A DNA stretch of 64,000 bases from Hyaloraphidium curvatum SAG 235-1. Its lineage: Eukaryota > Fungi > Monoblepharomycota. A program made the translations under genes and the position numbers. The notes beneath the pieces are model-generated. The model did no database searches and had not been told where the DNA came from. It was given only the letters and a program-made list of their open reading frames with translations. Shown here piece by piece: positions 22,868 through 34,643 of the stretch (positions within the stretch are counted from its first letter, which is position 1; every line of letters begins with the position of its first letter). The DNA lies in contig JAIVFI010000035.1 in assembly GCA_025558095.1 (NCBI GenBank), positions 434,001-498,000 on the forward strand, in the 5' to 3' direction.

Positions 22868-24074
22868 CGCCGGCGGCGGGGCAGCGGCGGTGGAAGAACC
22901 CGTGGAGCTGCGCGGGGGCGGCCGGCTCCGGACCCGTGCGCCAAACCGACCCTGCGGTGCGCCAAGCTGGACCGGGACCAATCAACACAGGAATCAAGCC
23001 GAGAAACGGGCCATCACAACAAAGGACGGCGCCCGCTTCTCGAGCCGCCATCCGCCCCCCGAGTCGGGGTCTGGGGACATTCCGTAAGAAACATCGGAAG
23101 CCCCGGTCCAGACCGCCCCAGCAGACACCTTGCCCCTGGGCCACCGAAACCACCGGCCGCCCTCGGCTTCCCCCCGACCCACCGCCAGATCTTCCCCGAC
23201 CATCCCACGCCGGCCTCCCGCCCCCCGCCCGCCGTCCGCGGCCCCCGTCGGACGCCGCAGACCGGCCGCGCGCCTCGCCGCCGCGGCCGATCCCTCGATC
23301 CCCTGCCTCCACGCCCACCCCGTGCCCCGCCCCGTCCCCCGAAACGATGCGGTCTTACCGCCGCCCACGCCCCCGCGGCACCCAGGCTGCGCCCCGCAGG
23401 CGTTCTCGCCGTGCCTGCGCCAATGCGGGCGGCATCCCATTTGGGCGTGGCCGGCCAGGGCCTTGCGGTGGCAACGTTCCGACCGCCCCATCCACCGAAC
23501 CTGCAACCGACCGGACGAGGCAGACGGGCGCGGATGATGGATGCTCCCTGCGCGCTTGCCGACGCCCATACCCGCCGTGGCACCCTGGAGCGACCCAACG
23601 GGACCGCGGTCACACGGAAATCAGTCAATCAAGGAAGTCAGTCAATCAAACCGGGGCCACGTTCCCGCCAATACCGCGGGCGGGATGGGAGCTGCGTACC
23701 GCAAGAAGCGCATCGCGAGCGTCCGCGGGCGGCCCGAACGGACCGGCCGCCGGCATCGGCCAAACCGATCCGCGCCCGCTCCCAGCCGCCGGGCCGGCCG
23801 GCCGGCCGGCCCCGCCACCGGACACGGCGGCATCCACGGTCCGCGACATCGCCACGAACACCGTCCGCTTTCCCCGAAACGACCGCGTACATCCTGCGAC
23901 GAAGCACCTTTCCCAGCCCTCGCTCGTCGTCGCCCACCCAGAGTGCTGCGGCACATGTGCCCTTCCGTCCGGCCTCACGCAGCTCCGGCCCGGGTGAGCG
24001 CCCTGGCCGTGATACTTCGGACGATGGATGGTAGATAATGCCGTGACGGGATGGTCCGGCGGCGGGCCAGCAGC

Positions 24075-24378
24075 GCGGGGGACGGGACCGGCAGCCGAGC
24101 CGGGCGCCCTACCCGGAGACCATCATCTTCTCCGCGTACTCTTGGGCGCGGTCGGGGCGCCGGGTGCGACCGAAAGCCGAGGCAAACGTGGTCCCTGTCG
24201 GACTGCATTCCCGGCACGATCATGTGTCCATCAGTTCTCTACTCCCGGGGTTATTCACCCCTCCACCGCTGATCACAACGTACAACTGATCACTACACCA
24301 TCTACGTCCATCAGGTCCACCACGTCCGCAAGGGCGTCCCCGTCGTGCCGGTTCTTGGCGTCGCAAGAGCAGGGCGAG
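24075..24378 (-). pseudogene. Diverged partial copy of the neighbouring PPR-like gene (matches ~25295-25520), interrupted by an insertion
   Basis: Direct nucleotide similarity, e.g. ccgagccgggcgccct..catcttctccgcgtactc..ccgaaagccgaggcaaacg. Confidence 0.85.
24226..24314 (+). mobile_element. 71-bp insertion flanked by a 9-bp target-site duplication (gtccatcag)
   Basis: gtccatcag at 24226-24234 and 24306-24314; the insert is absent from the parental copy near 25450 and ends in a CTAC-rich tail. Confidence 0.75.
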
Positions 24379-24518
24379 GCTACGGACGATGGGAGACCCG
24401 CGGTGGGCCAGCCGCAGCGCGGCGGACGGGACAGATCAGTTGAACGAGCCCTGTTACGTTGCTTTGCACTGCGCTTTCTCTAGAGAGACGATCGAGAACG
24501 CAGCGTACCGCCTGGCCG

Positions 24519-26822
24519 CTATTCCGGGCCGTCCGTGGCGGCGGATCGTCCGATGCCGGCGCCCCCCGATCGTGCCCCGCCCCGCTTGGCGGTCCGCGGC
24601 CGGCCCGTCCCGGCGGCCGCCTGCCGCGCCGAAACCGGAAGCGCCGCATCGCACGGCCTGCTCGGAACCTCGGCCACCCGCCCGCGCAGCAGCACGTGCA
24701 TGCCGTCGAGGTCCAGCCCGGCCGCGTCGAAGCCGTCCGCGGCCAGCCGCCTCCGCGCCTTTTCCTGCAGCACCTCGCGCCGCCCGCGGCCACACCGCCG
24801 CGCGTGGTCCACGGCGATCACCAGCGGGCCCCTGTCGTCGGGGACCCCGAGCCCGGCCAGGGGCATACCGGGGTGCGCGGCCGGATCCACCGGCTTGCGG
24901 TCGAGCACCGCGGAACACAGCGCAAAGAGCTCTTCGAAACGATGCCCGCGGGCCAGCGCCTTGATGACCGTGCTCCAGATGCGCGAGGCATCCGGCCTCG
25001 AAAGCAGGTCCCGGGGGAAGCGCCCCAGCGCCGCAAACAAGCCCGGAACGTCCCCGGCGCGCCCGTACGCCTTGGCTACGAAGTGCACGGCGGTAACGCC
25101 ATGGGATCCCGCAGGCGCGATTCCCTCCAGCAGGGCCTCGACCGAACGCACGTCCCCCCGGTCGGCGAAGTGGTTCGCGACCTTTAACACGTGCCGCACA
25201 TTGGCGATGCCGACGGATTCCAGGCCCGCGAGGATCTTCTTCGCTTCCTCCAACGTCGTACGCGGTTCCAGCGCGGCATCCAGCATGGCCATCCCCGACT
25301 GGCTGCCGAGCCGGGCGCCCTCCCCGGAGGCCACCATCTTCTCCGCGTACTCCCTGGCGCGGTCGGGGCGCCCGGTGCGTCCGAAAGCCGAGGCAAACGC
25401 GGCGTACAGGTCCCTCTCGGGCTGCATTCCCAGCGCGACCATGCGGTCCGCGAGGTCCACCACCTCGGCAAGGGCGTCCCCGTCGTGCCGGTCCCTGGCG
25501 TCGCACGCGAGTAGGGCGACGTGCGCGCTCGTGGGCGGCACCAGGAAAGGCTCGGAAGTGAACAGCTTCGCCGCGGCCAAGGCCAAGCGGGGATGCTTGG
25601 CGCGGACGAAGCCCTCGAGCGCGCTGCAGAGCCCGACGCTGGTGAGCACCTGGGCCGCGGACCCGCTGCGATGGAGTCCCATGGCACACTGCAGAATCTG
25701 GAGCGTCTTCTGCACGGCCGTCACGGAGCCGGGGGGCATATCGGGAAGGCAGAGGTCCTGCAGCTTCACCCCGCCTGCTTCGCTGACCGCGTCCCGGAGC
25801 GCCGACACCGTATCGGCTTCCCGCTCCAAGGGATGCAGCTCTTCCTCCGGGAGGGTCGTCATTTGCATGCCTGTATACCTCGGTGCGGCCGCCCATCCAG
25901 GCACGGCCAGATCCGCGATGCTCAGCGGCCGCTTCGGGTACCCGCCAAGATCCTCCGAGTTGCGCAGCGAAGCGCCGGCGACGGCCTTGAGAAACGGAGT
26001 CACCGTATACTGGCCGAGTCGAAGCCCCGAATCCGCGGAAAGAGCTTCGTGCAGCAGCCTCAAGAAGGCCGAGTAGTTGCCGAAGAGGGCCAGCTCCCAA
26101 CCAAAATCGTGCAAGAGCCGCTCGTCAACAGGGACACGGCAATCGTCGCGGAGAAAGGAGATCAGAGCCGTGCTACCGGCGTAGGTCCTGCCGGGGCCCG
26201 TCAGACACGGCGTCGGTCAACACCGAACGGCGACACGTACCGAATCCGGGGTTTGTGGACCTGCGTCAGCCACACGGCGACCTTCGCGGACACCGCAAGG
26301 CCGGCATCGGCGGCATCCTTCACGACCAGGTGGGCCCGATCCGCAGCCTGGTCCAGCGCACGCTCCGCCCACCGCGGGAGCGCCCTGGATATCTCGCCCC
26401 GCACCGCGCGCTGCTGCTGCCAGATGGCCTCCCGGGTGAGCAGAAACACGAGCCGGTCCAAATCGGCCGCGTCCAGGCCACGCATCGACCCCAGGTCCAG
26501 GTAAGGCGGCCCAGGCGGCGTCCTCGACCTCGGCGTGCGGCACCGTGCCGGCGGCGAGGGGCTCGAGGGCCTTGCGGAACCGCGCGACGGCCTCGTTCCT
26601 GTTGCCAAGCGCCGCGTCGGTGGCGAGAGAGCGGGTTCCAGAGGCAGGGAGAGCGGCGGGACCGGCGAGCGCGCCTGGGCGCTCCAAAGGCGCGTGGAGT
26701 GGGGGCGAAGGGGCCCTCAGAGGGGCCGAGAGCGGCCGCAGAGCAGCGATTGGGGCCCGCAGAGGTGCCGAGAGGCGGGACCGGGCGGCACAGGCCCGTC
26801 CGGCGGCGCGGATGACCCGCAT
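24519..26822 (-). CDS. PPR-like alpha-solenoid protein with a mitochondrial-type presequence (paralog A); apparent +1 frameshift at ~26504
   Basis: MRVIRAAGRACAARSRL; PPR-like MVALGMQPERDLYAAFASAFGRTG; aligns with the genes at 52511 and 54942. Confidence 0.7.
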
Positions 26823-27121
26823 CGCGACTTGTCTTGTTTGCTTGATTGGATTCGGCTGATTGGAACACCTCTGCTGGCCCAACCTCGACCTCATGCAGCT
26901 CCATCAACGGGACATCAACGAACCGTAAAACGGGCTCCAGGCAATGAAAGATACTCTGCTTCCCATGCTATGCTGCTTGCTCGCCTGAGATGGCCAGCAC
27001 CGCGCCGCGGGCTGTCTTTGACCTCGATCGCCGATCGTCGGAGCGGGACGGACGCACCCTTGTCCCGCACTCCAATCTGCCCCCTCCCCCGCCCCTCTCC
27101 GCCCTCCTCTCCACCGCCGCG

Positions 27122-27823
27122 ATGCTCATCGGCATCCTCCAAACCGGCCACGTCCCCCCCGACCTCTCCCGCTTCGGCTCCTACCCCTCCATGTTTCAGC
27201 GCTTCCTCTCCGGCCGCGGGCTCTCCTTCCGCACCTTCGCCGTGGTGGACGGCGAGCTCCCCTCGGACCCGGCCGAGTGCGACGGGTGGCTCATCACGGG
27301 CTCGCGCCACGGGGTGTACGAAGACCACACGTGGATCCCGCCGCTGGAGGCCCTCGTCCGGCGGGCGGTGCGCGACGGCGTGCCGCTGGTGGGCGTGTGC
27401 TTCGGGCACCAGCTCGTCGCGCAGGCGCTGGGGGGCAAAGTAGGGAAGTACCCCGGCGGGTGGACGTGCGGGCCGCACGAGTACGAGTGGGACGGGAAGA
27501 GGGTGAAGCTGCTGGCGATGCACCAGGACCAGGTGCTCGCGCTGCCCCCCGGGGCGGTCGTAACGATGCGCGGGGAAACCTGCGAATACGCCGGGTTCAA
27601 CGTGGGGGAAAGGGTGATGACGGTGCAGCCGCACCCCGAGTTCGAGAAGGACTACCTCGCGGAGCTCCTGCGGGTGCGGAGGGGGGTGATTCCCCCCGAC
27701 GTGGTGGACGCGGCGGAGGGGAGGATGGGATGGGAGGTGGATCGGGAAGCGGTGGCGGAGGCGGTGGCGGGGTTCTTCCTCCGCGCGCGCAAGGAAGGGC
27801 AGGCGGCGGGGGAGACGGACTGA
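27122..27823 (+). CDS. Class I (type 1) glutamine amidotransferase, bacterial-like, intronless
   Basis: MLIGILQTGH, DGWLITGSRHGVYED, GVCFGHQL (catalytic Cys), HQDQV, QPHPEF (His-Glu). Confidence 0.92.
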   Translation: MLIGILQTGHVPPDLSRFGSYPSMFQRFLSGRGLSFRTFAVVDGELPSDPAECDGWLITGSRHGVYEDHTWIPPLEALVRRAVRDGVPLVGVCFGHQLVAQALGGKVGKYPGGWTCGPHEYEWDGKRVKLLAMHQDQVLALPPGAVVTMRGETCEYAGFNVGERVMTVQPHPEFEKDYLAELLRVRRGVIPPDVVDAAEGRMGWEVDREAVAEAVAGFFLRARKEGQAAGETD

Positions 27824-27897
27824 CGCGGCGCCGCGCGATCGGCAATAGCCCGCCCCGTCGTTAATTCACACTACACCCTGCGCTCTCCCGTGGCTTT

Positions 27898-30289
27898 TCA
27901 CTGCGGCCCCGACGGGTACCCGTAGTACGGCCTGCCCGGCCACCCCGGCGGCGGTCCCTGTCCCTGCTGCCCCGGCGGGGGCGGGCCGGGGGGGTAGTAC
28001 CATCCACCTTGCTGCTGCTGCTGCGGCGGCCGGGGGTAGCCTGCCGGTCCAGGGGGTCCAGGAGGGGTGCCCGCGGCCGCGGGGTAGGCGGGCCACCCCG
28101 GCGTCCCCATGCTATTCTCCCTCGACGCGTAGCCGGACTGAATCGCCGCCGGGCCCGAGGAGGAATGCAGCCCCGCGGGTCCGGGAGGCGGGGGCGCCGG
28201 CTGCGGCTGCGAGGGCGGCGACGCGCGGTAAGCCCCGCCCGCACCCGCCGCCGCACCCGGCCCGGTCCAGCCGGGAGCCCTCGCCGGCGCGCTCAGGCTC
28301 GCCAGGTTCTGCGCCGCCTCGAAGCTCGCGCCGGGGCTCACCCCGCCCTGCCTCTCCCCCCCCGCCGACGCCGAGGAAAGCGGCAAATACCCCGCCGCTG
28401 CCGCGATCCCCGGCCTGGGCGGCTCGTACCTCCTCCCCGGCACCTCGGGCGGCGCCATCCCCTCCAGGAGCTCCTCCAGCTCCTCCCCCATCCTCGCCAC
28501 GTCCTCCTCCCCCGCGGGCCCGGGCATCCCCGCGTCGATCTCCCCCCTGCCCACGCCCTTCCTCCCCAGCAACTCCTCGCACGCCTTCTCGCGGCGCCGC
28601 GCGGCCATCCACGCCGCGCGCAGGCGCTTCTCCCTGTCGCGGATCTGCGTGACGTACTCGCGCGCGTGCACGACGATGGCCTTGCGGGTGTCGGCGTACG
28701 CCGCCATGCCGGGGATGGCCTCGACGAGCTGGTTGAGCTGGGCCTTGAACGCGTCGCGGCGGATCTTCTCGTCGTGCTGCGCCGGGCGGAGCGGAGAACG
28801 TCAGCCGATGCGGGACGGGAAAGCGAGGAGGGGAGGGGCGGACCTTCTTGCTCGTCCGCTCCCGCTTGAGCATCCCGTCCTCCTCGTCGAACGAAGGGGG
28901 GTGGTACGCGTCCGGCCGCTGCGCTTCCACCACGACGATCGGCGTGGCCTGGTACACGAAATCCGGGAGCGCGGAGTGGCGGATGCCTGCCGGTTCCGCG
29001 GCGGGCGGAGGGGGGTCGGGGCGCTTGGCGGACGGCGTCGGGGCCGGGAACCGCGGCGCCTGCGCCGGCGGGGGGTCGTCGGGCGGTTCGGGCTTTATGC
29101 GCGGCGACGGCGCGGGGCTGGCGCCGGATTCGCGGTAGGTGGTGTACCATTCCCTCCACGGCACCCTGGCCGCGGGCTCGGTCTGCGCGGCGGGGCGGTC
29201 GGGCCATTCCGAGGGGGGGTGGGCCGGCGCCGGCGGGGGGGCGCGGTACGGCAGGTCGTCGTCGAGGCGGCGGCGCTTGCTGGGGTCCCATCCCTGCGGT
29301 GGGGGTTCGTCGTAGGGGCGGTAGGCGGGCTGCTGCCCGTACGGGGATCCGGAGGGCGGTTGCTGGGGTGGCGGCGGTTGGGAAGCGGGGGCCATTGGAG
29401 GCTGCGGGGTGTGCGCATGCGGCGGGGGCTGCGAGTAGTAATCCTGCGGAGGACGGGGAGCGGGTGGATACGGGTCGGGCGCGTACGGGTTTGCCGACGC
29501 CGGGCTGGCGGTGCGCGCATGGTGGTGCGCGTGCGCCGGGAGGTACATCACCGGTTCGGTGCGCTGCATGGGCGGGCCCTGCGAAGGTGGTTGCTGCTGC
29601 GGCGGCTGGCCCTGCTGCTGCGGGCCGCCGTACGGGTAGCCGGGGGGCGGGCCGTACCCGGGAGCCCCGCCGGGCGGCCTCTGCGCGGCGTAGGGGTCCT
29701 GCGCGGCGTACGGCCTGTCGTAGGGCGGACGCTGTGCGCCGTAGTAGCCATCGTAGGCGAGCGGCGGGGCGGATTGCTGGTGCATGGCGGGGGGTTGAGC
29801 GGGCGAGGGAGCGCCGGGCGGCGGCTGCAGCGGCACGCGGTCGCCATCGGCCCACGGCGGCCGCAGCGCGGCGCCCAACATCGCCTGCTGCGCCAGCGCA
29901 AACTGCGGGTGCGCGGCCTGCGTGTGCGGCCACGGCGGCAGCAGCGGGCCGGTGGCGGGCGCGGGCGGCCCGGGCACCGTGCCCGGCGGGGCCCCCGGCG
30001 CGCCCGACGGCGGCGTGCCCGGCCGCCCCTCGAGCGACGGCGGCGTGCGCGGGCCCGACGCGCTGCGCAGCGGCCCGCCCGGTTCGGCCGCCCTCTCGCC
30101 CCCCGACGCCGCCCGCGCGTGGGCGTTGCCGCCCGCGCCGCCGGCCGCCGCGCCGCCGCGCCCGTCGGTCTCAGCAGAGGCCGCCGCCGCCGTCCCGCCG
30201 TCGATCGGCCCCGCCGGCGGCATCGGCGGTGCGTTTCCGTTTCCGTTTCCGGCGCCCGCCGACCGCGGCCCCTCGTCGGCGTCCGTCAT
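27898..30289 (-). CDS. Proline-rich atypical bHLH transcription factor (paralog 2)
   Basis: KRERTSKK|HDEKIRRDAFKAQLNQLVEAIPGMAAYADTRKAIVVHAREYVTQI; same intron position as paralog 1. Confidence 0.7.
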
Positions 30290-31352
30290 CCTCCCCGCCC
30301 GCGGCCCGCCCTCCGCCGCGCCGTCTCGCCCCGCCGGGCTCCGCTCTCCTTTCCGCACGGCGCGCGGCCCGCGTCGACGGCCGACGCTCGGCTGCCGCGG
30401 TGCTCCCGGCACGCCACAAGGAACCTTCCGCGGAACACCGCAAAACACCACGCGCCTTGCGGGCTTCCTTCGCCCACGCCCACACACAACACGCCAAAAA
30501 AAAAGGAAGCACGGCGCGCTGGACAGCGATCGCCGCGCTCCCGCCTGCTCCCCCGCCCGCGGACCCTCGCACGCCCGCAGCCTGGGCGCCGGGCCGGCTC
30601 ACCAGCCCCCGCGACGCCAACGCTGGCTGGAGCCCCCTTGCGCCGCCCCGCACCCCCGGCAAACCGGGCCGTCCCCGGCTCCGCGCCCCAGGGATGGAGA
30701 AAATCCATGGAGCTTGTCCCGCACCCGACCGGTGCGGCAGCCGGGCGCGGCGCAAAGACGGGCCCACCCTCAGGGACCTTTGGCGCGCGCAACGCCGCAC
30801 CCCTCGTCGGCGGCTGCACCCCCCTCTCCAGTCCACCGTCCGCCGCGGCAGCGCACCTTCGGCCCTCGTGACGCTTTCCCGGCGGGCCCGTGCATCCCAA
30901 CCGGCGTCGGCAAAGCGGTCGGCCGGCCCCTTCCGTGGGCCGGAAAGTCAGTCAATCACGGACGGCACCGGTCTGAATGTGGACCCCTCGATTGCCGGCG
31001 CTCGCGATAACATCGGGATCGGTTCCTGGCCCCGAGACCGGGCGACACGGGCCGATCGGCCGTGCGGCCCTCCCGCCAACCCCATGCACCCCCTCCCCTC
31101 CCGCACCCCTGCGGAGAAATTCCGCGCCAATGCCCCCCCCGGTGCCATCCCGCCCCACACCGACCACCGGACCCCGCATCCGCGCCACAGGACCCCGCAC
31201 AACCAACCCCGCCGCGGCCGACCATCGGTTCCCGCCCCCGGGCCCAGCCTCGCGGTCGGCTGGCCGCCGGCAAGCCCGAAAAAAACGCGCGTATTAGCCG
31301 CCGGCACCGCCTTGCCGCCCATCGGATCTCTATAGCAGGCGCTGCCGATCCA

Positions 31353-34300
31353 TCAACCGTCCCCCAGCCCCGCCGGCGCATCCGGCGCGTCCGAACGGAG
31401 GTACACCTGGCTGACCTCCACCTCCCCCCCGGCCCCCTGCCCCCCCTCGTCCAGCGCCCCGCGCACCATGCCCCGCAGCGTGTCGACGATCCGCGAAGCC
31501 CACCACTCGGCCTCGGAGTGGTTCGCCGCGACCGCGTCCAGGAACTGCAGGCAAGTCCCCAGGTCGCGCTCGACTTCGGCCAGCAGCGCGGGGTCGACGG
31601 GCCCGCGCCGCGCGTGGGCGCGGTACGTCTGCAGGACGGCCAGGTGGAAGGCGCCGATCTTGAGGGGGTACAGGCCGGTGGTGATGGAGATGTAGTTGAG
31701 CGAGGGGTGGAACCGGAGCTGCGGGGTTGCGGGGGGATGAGCCTCTGCGCCGCGGGAAACCGCCCCCCGCCGCCGAACGTACCAAGCTCCTCAGCAGCCT
31801 CGTGTACACGATCGCGCTCTCCAGACAGTCCTGGAACAGGCTCCCGCGGTGCCACTCCCCCGCCAGCTTGCCCATCTCCTGGAAGCTCAGCACGCCGTAG
31901 CTCGTCCGCAGCTCCAGCCTGAACAGCCGGATCTGGCTCAGGTACAGCGCGCGCGCAAAGACCGACTTTCCGGCGTGGGGGACGCCGGCCACCTCGCGCT
32001 GGAACGCGCGGACCATCGCGTCGGCGTCACCGTCGGCCTCGGCCTCCCGCAGCGGCGCGGGCAGGTTCCGCAGGATGTCGTCGATGCACCCCTCGATCTT
32101 GCGCGCGCGCCGCCGCAGCCGCCTGACCGCCCTCGCTCTCGCCGCGGGGTCCATCCCGCTCAGCTCCCCGTCCACCCGCGGCAGCACGCTCAGGTCCTCG
32201 TCCGCCTCCCCCTCGGCGGGGTCCCCGCCGTCCCCCTGCAGATCCACGGGGCTGATCCCGGCGGCCTTGCACGCCGCGAGGAACTGGTTCGTCCGCAGCC
32301 GCAAAAAGCCGAACAGGTAGATGATCACCAGGCTCCGCCGCGCGAGGCTGCCCACGCCGAACGCCACCCCCCTGCTCCGCGCCTCGCCCGGCCCCTTGTC
32401 CATCCAGTCCACCAGCTCGTGGATCCGCGGCCGGAACTCGGTCCCCGGCGGCGGCGGCACGAACGCGGGATCCTCGCTCTCGACGTCCCACTGCGCGTCG
32501 CGCGGGGGGATCCGGTGGCCCCGCCCTTCCTTGGCCAGGTCGTCCACCTCCTTGCCCGTGATGGACGAGATGAACTCGGTCAGCGACCATATCGTCGCCC
32601 ACGCCTTGCGGCGGAGCTCCCTCCGCACGTAGGCGTCGCGGGGCGTGCGCGCGCCGTACGTCGCCACGTCCCCCGGATCCGCGTTGAGCCCGTAGGCCCG
32701 CGCCAGACGCAGGGCGAGGGCTACGGCGGACTGCTGCAGGCTCGCGTACCCGCGGCGGTAGGCCCACAGCGCGACGAAGCCCAGCGCGATGCAGTTCTCC
32801 GCCGTGTCCGCGTCGGCCTCGTCCGGCCCGGGCGGGCGGTCGGGCGTGCGCTCGATCGACGCGCGGAGCTCCCGCGTGCACCGCAGGAAGAGCGAGATCT
32901 CGATGCGGGTGCGGTGCGCGAGCACGTGGGGGTTCTTGGAGAAGCCGGTGGAGAGGAGGCAGACGGCGAAGAAGAGGTGGGGGTGGGAGAAGCACGTGCG
33001 GAGGAAGGTCTGGCGGTGCAGGATGGGGAAGGTCGGGTCTGTGGGCAACGAACGAGGATATCGGGTCAACTCCGGAAGATGACCGCCCCGCACGAGCAAC
33101 CCACGGTAATCCTCGAAAAACTCCCTCACCAGATCCCTCAGCACCTCGTCCGGCGGCAGCGCCTGGTCCCCCGGCCGCACCACCGGCCTCGCCACGGTAA
33201 AGGGCGGCGTCGGCAGTGGCGGCCACCAGCTCCCCGGCGCCCTCTCCGGCTCCAGCGACGGCGCCGGGAGCAGCCCTTCCAGCATCTCCGCATCGAAAAC
33301 GAACCCGGGGGACGTGCCGGAATTCGAGGCGTTCGAGTCCCAGAGAAGGTCCGAGATGGCCATGGGCGATTTGGGCGACCAGGGGGCGAGCTGCATCCCC
33401 GCCGCGTCCGACGGCACCCGCAAGCCGCCGTACTCGACGTCCCCGTGCTCCCCGTGCCATTCCCGCGCGGGCAGCGCGAGCGTGCCGAGGTACGCGGGGA
33501 AATCCGAGGCGGGCACCAGCGCGCCGTCCATGTCGGCCGAGCCGGGGGAATCGAGGTGGTGGATGGCGTCGCGGACGTGCTCCGCGAAGCCGGGGAGGAA
33601 GGAGGTGCGGGGGGGAGGGATCGAGGGGAGGGCCGAGGCGGAGGAAAAGTCCCCGGAAAGGACCGGGTGCGGGTCCGCCGGGAAGTGGGCCGGGGAGCGG
33701 TCGGCGAAGGGCGTGGGGGGAAGCACCGTGGGCGCGCCGAAGGGGTCGCCGGTGAAGATGGAGTTTTGGTAGATGGAGGCGGTGGGGGCAAAGGCGGGGT
33801 TGGAGAAGAAGCCGGGTGGAGGCTGGTACCCGTTGGTCGCGGGGGCGGAGGTTTGGAAGGGCGGAAACGCCGCGTACGACGTCGTGGCCGGAGAAAAGCC
33901 GGAAAATCCGCCCGCGTGCCCGTTTTGGGTGGTGTAGGCGTCGTGCTGCGAGGCGCCGAACTGTGGGGGCGGCGGCAACACTGCGGGGGCGGGATCGTCC
34001 CCTCCGACGTCCCGCTTCCGCTTGCCGGACGACGGGGCACCCGATGCCTGGAACGCCGGCTGCGTCTTGGGCAGTGACGCCGCCGGCCGGGCGTCCAGCG
34101 CCGCCGCCGGCCTCGTCGCCTCTCGTGGCCGCGCCTTGGCCTTGCCGGGCAGCTTCAGCGGCGGCGCTGAGCTCTGCCGCGCGACAAACACGCAGTCCAG
34201 GTTCCTTGGAGGCAGGGAAAAATGAGCGCAGCACGGCAGCGAACCCGGAAGACGGCCCACTTTGCCGCGCAGCGTCCGCAAGGGGACTCGCCGTCGCAAG

Positions 34301-34643
34301 CCTTCTTGCCCGACTTGCACTGTCGTCGGCCACCCCATTTGGAATATTCCCGTCAGAATGACGGCGAATTTGCGCCGGAAGGGCGGCCCACCGCCTCGCA
34401 CGCGTTCTTCTTGCCCGCCCGCCTGAGGATGTCGGGCAGGTCCTCCGGTTCCTCGTCCCCCTCCGTCAGGTACAGGCACGGCGTCCTCCGAGCCACGCAG
34501 AGAGCGCAGGAAGGTAGTGCCCGGTCGCAAAAGCGTTTCCTCTTTCGACACAATAGGCACGCGTAAGCAGCCGTGTCCGCGCCGTCGGCCAACTCCCCCG
34601 ACCCGGAGCCGGGCGAGCCGCCGCCAGGCCACGCCACGTCCAT
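31353..34643 (-). CDS. Multi-exon Zn2Cys6 transcription factor with two zinc clusters and a fungal TF middle-homology region
   Basis: CLLCRKRKRFCDRALPSCALCVARRTPC; spliced ACEA|CKSGKKACDGESPCGRCAA.|NLDC; FPILHRQTF, ARAYGLNAD, RELRRKAWATI. Confidence 0.85.
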
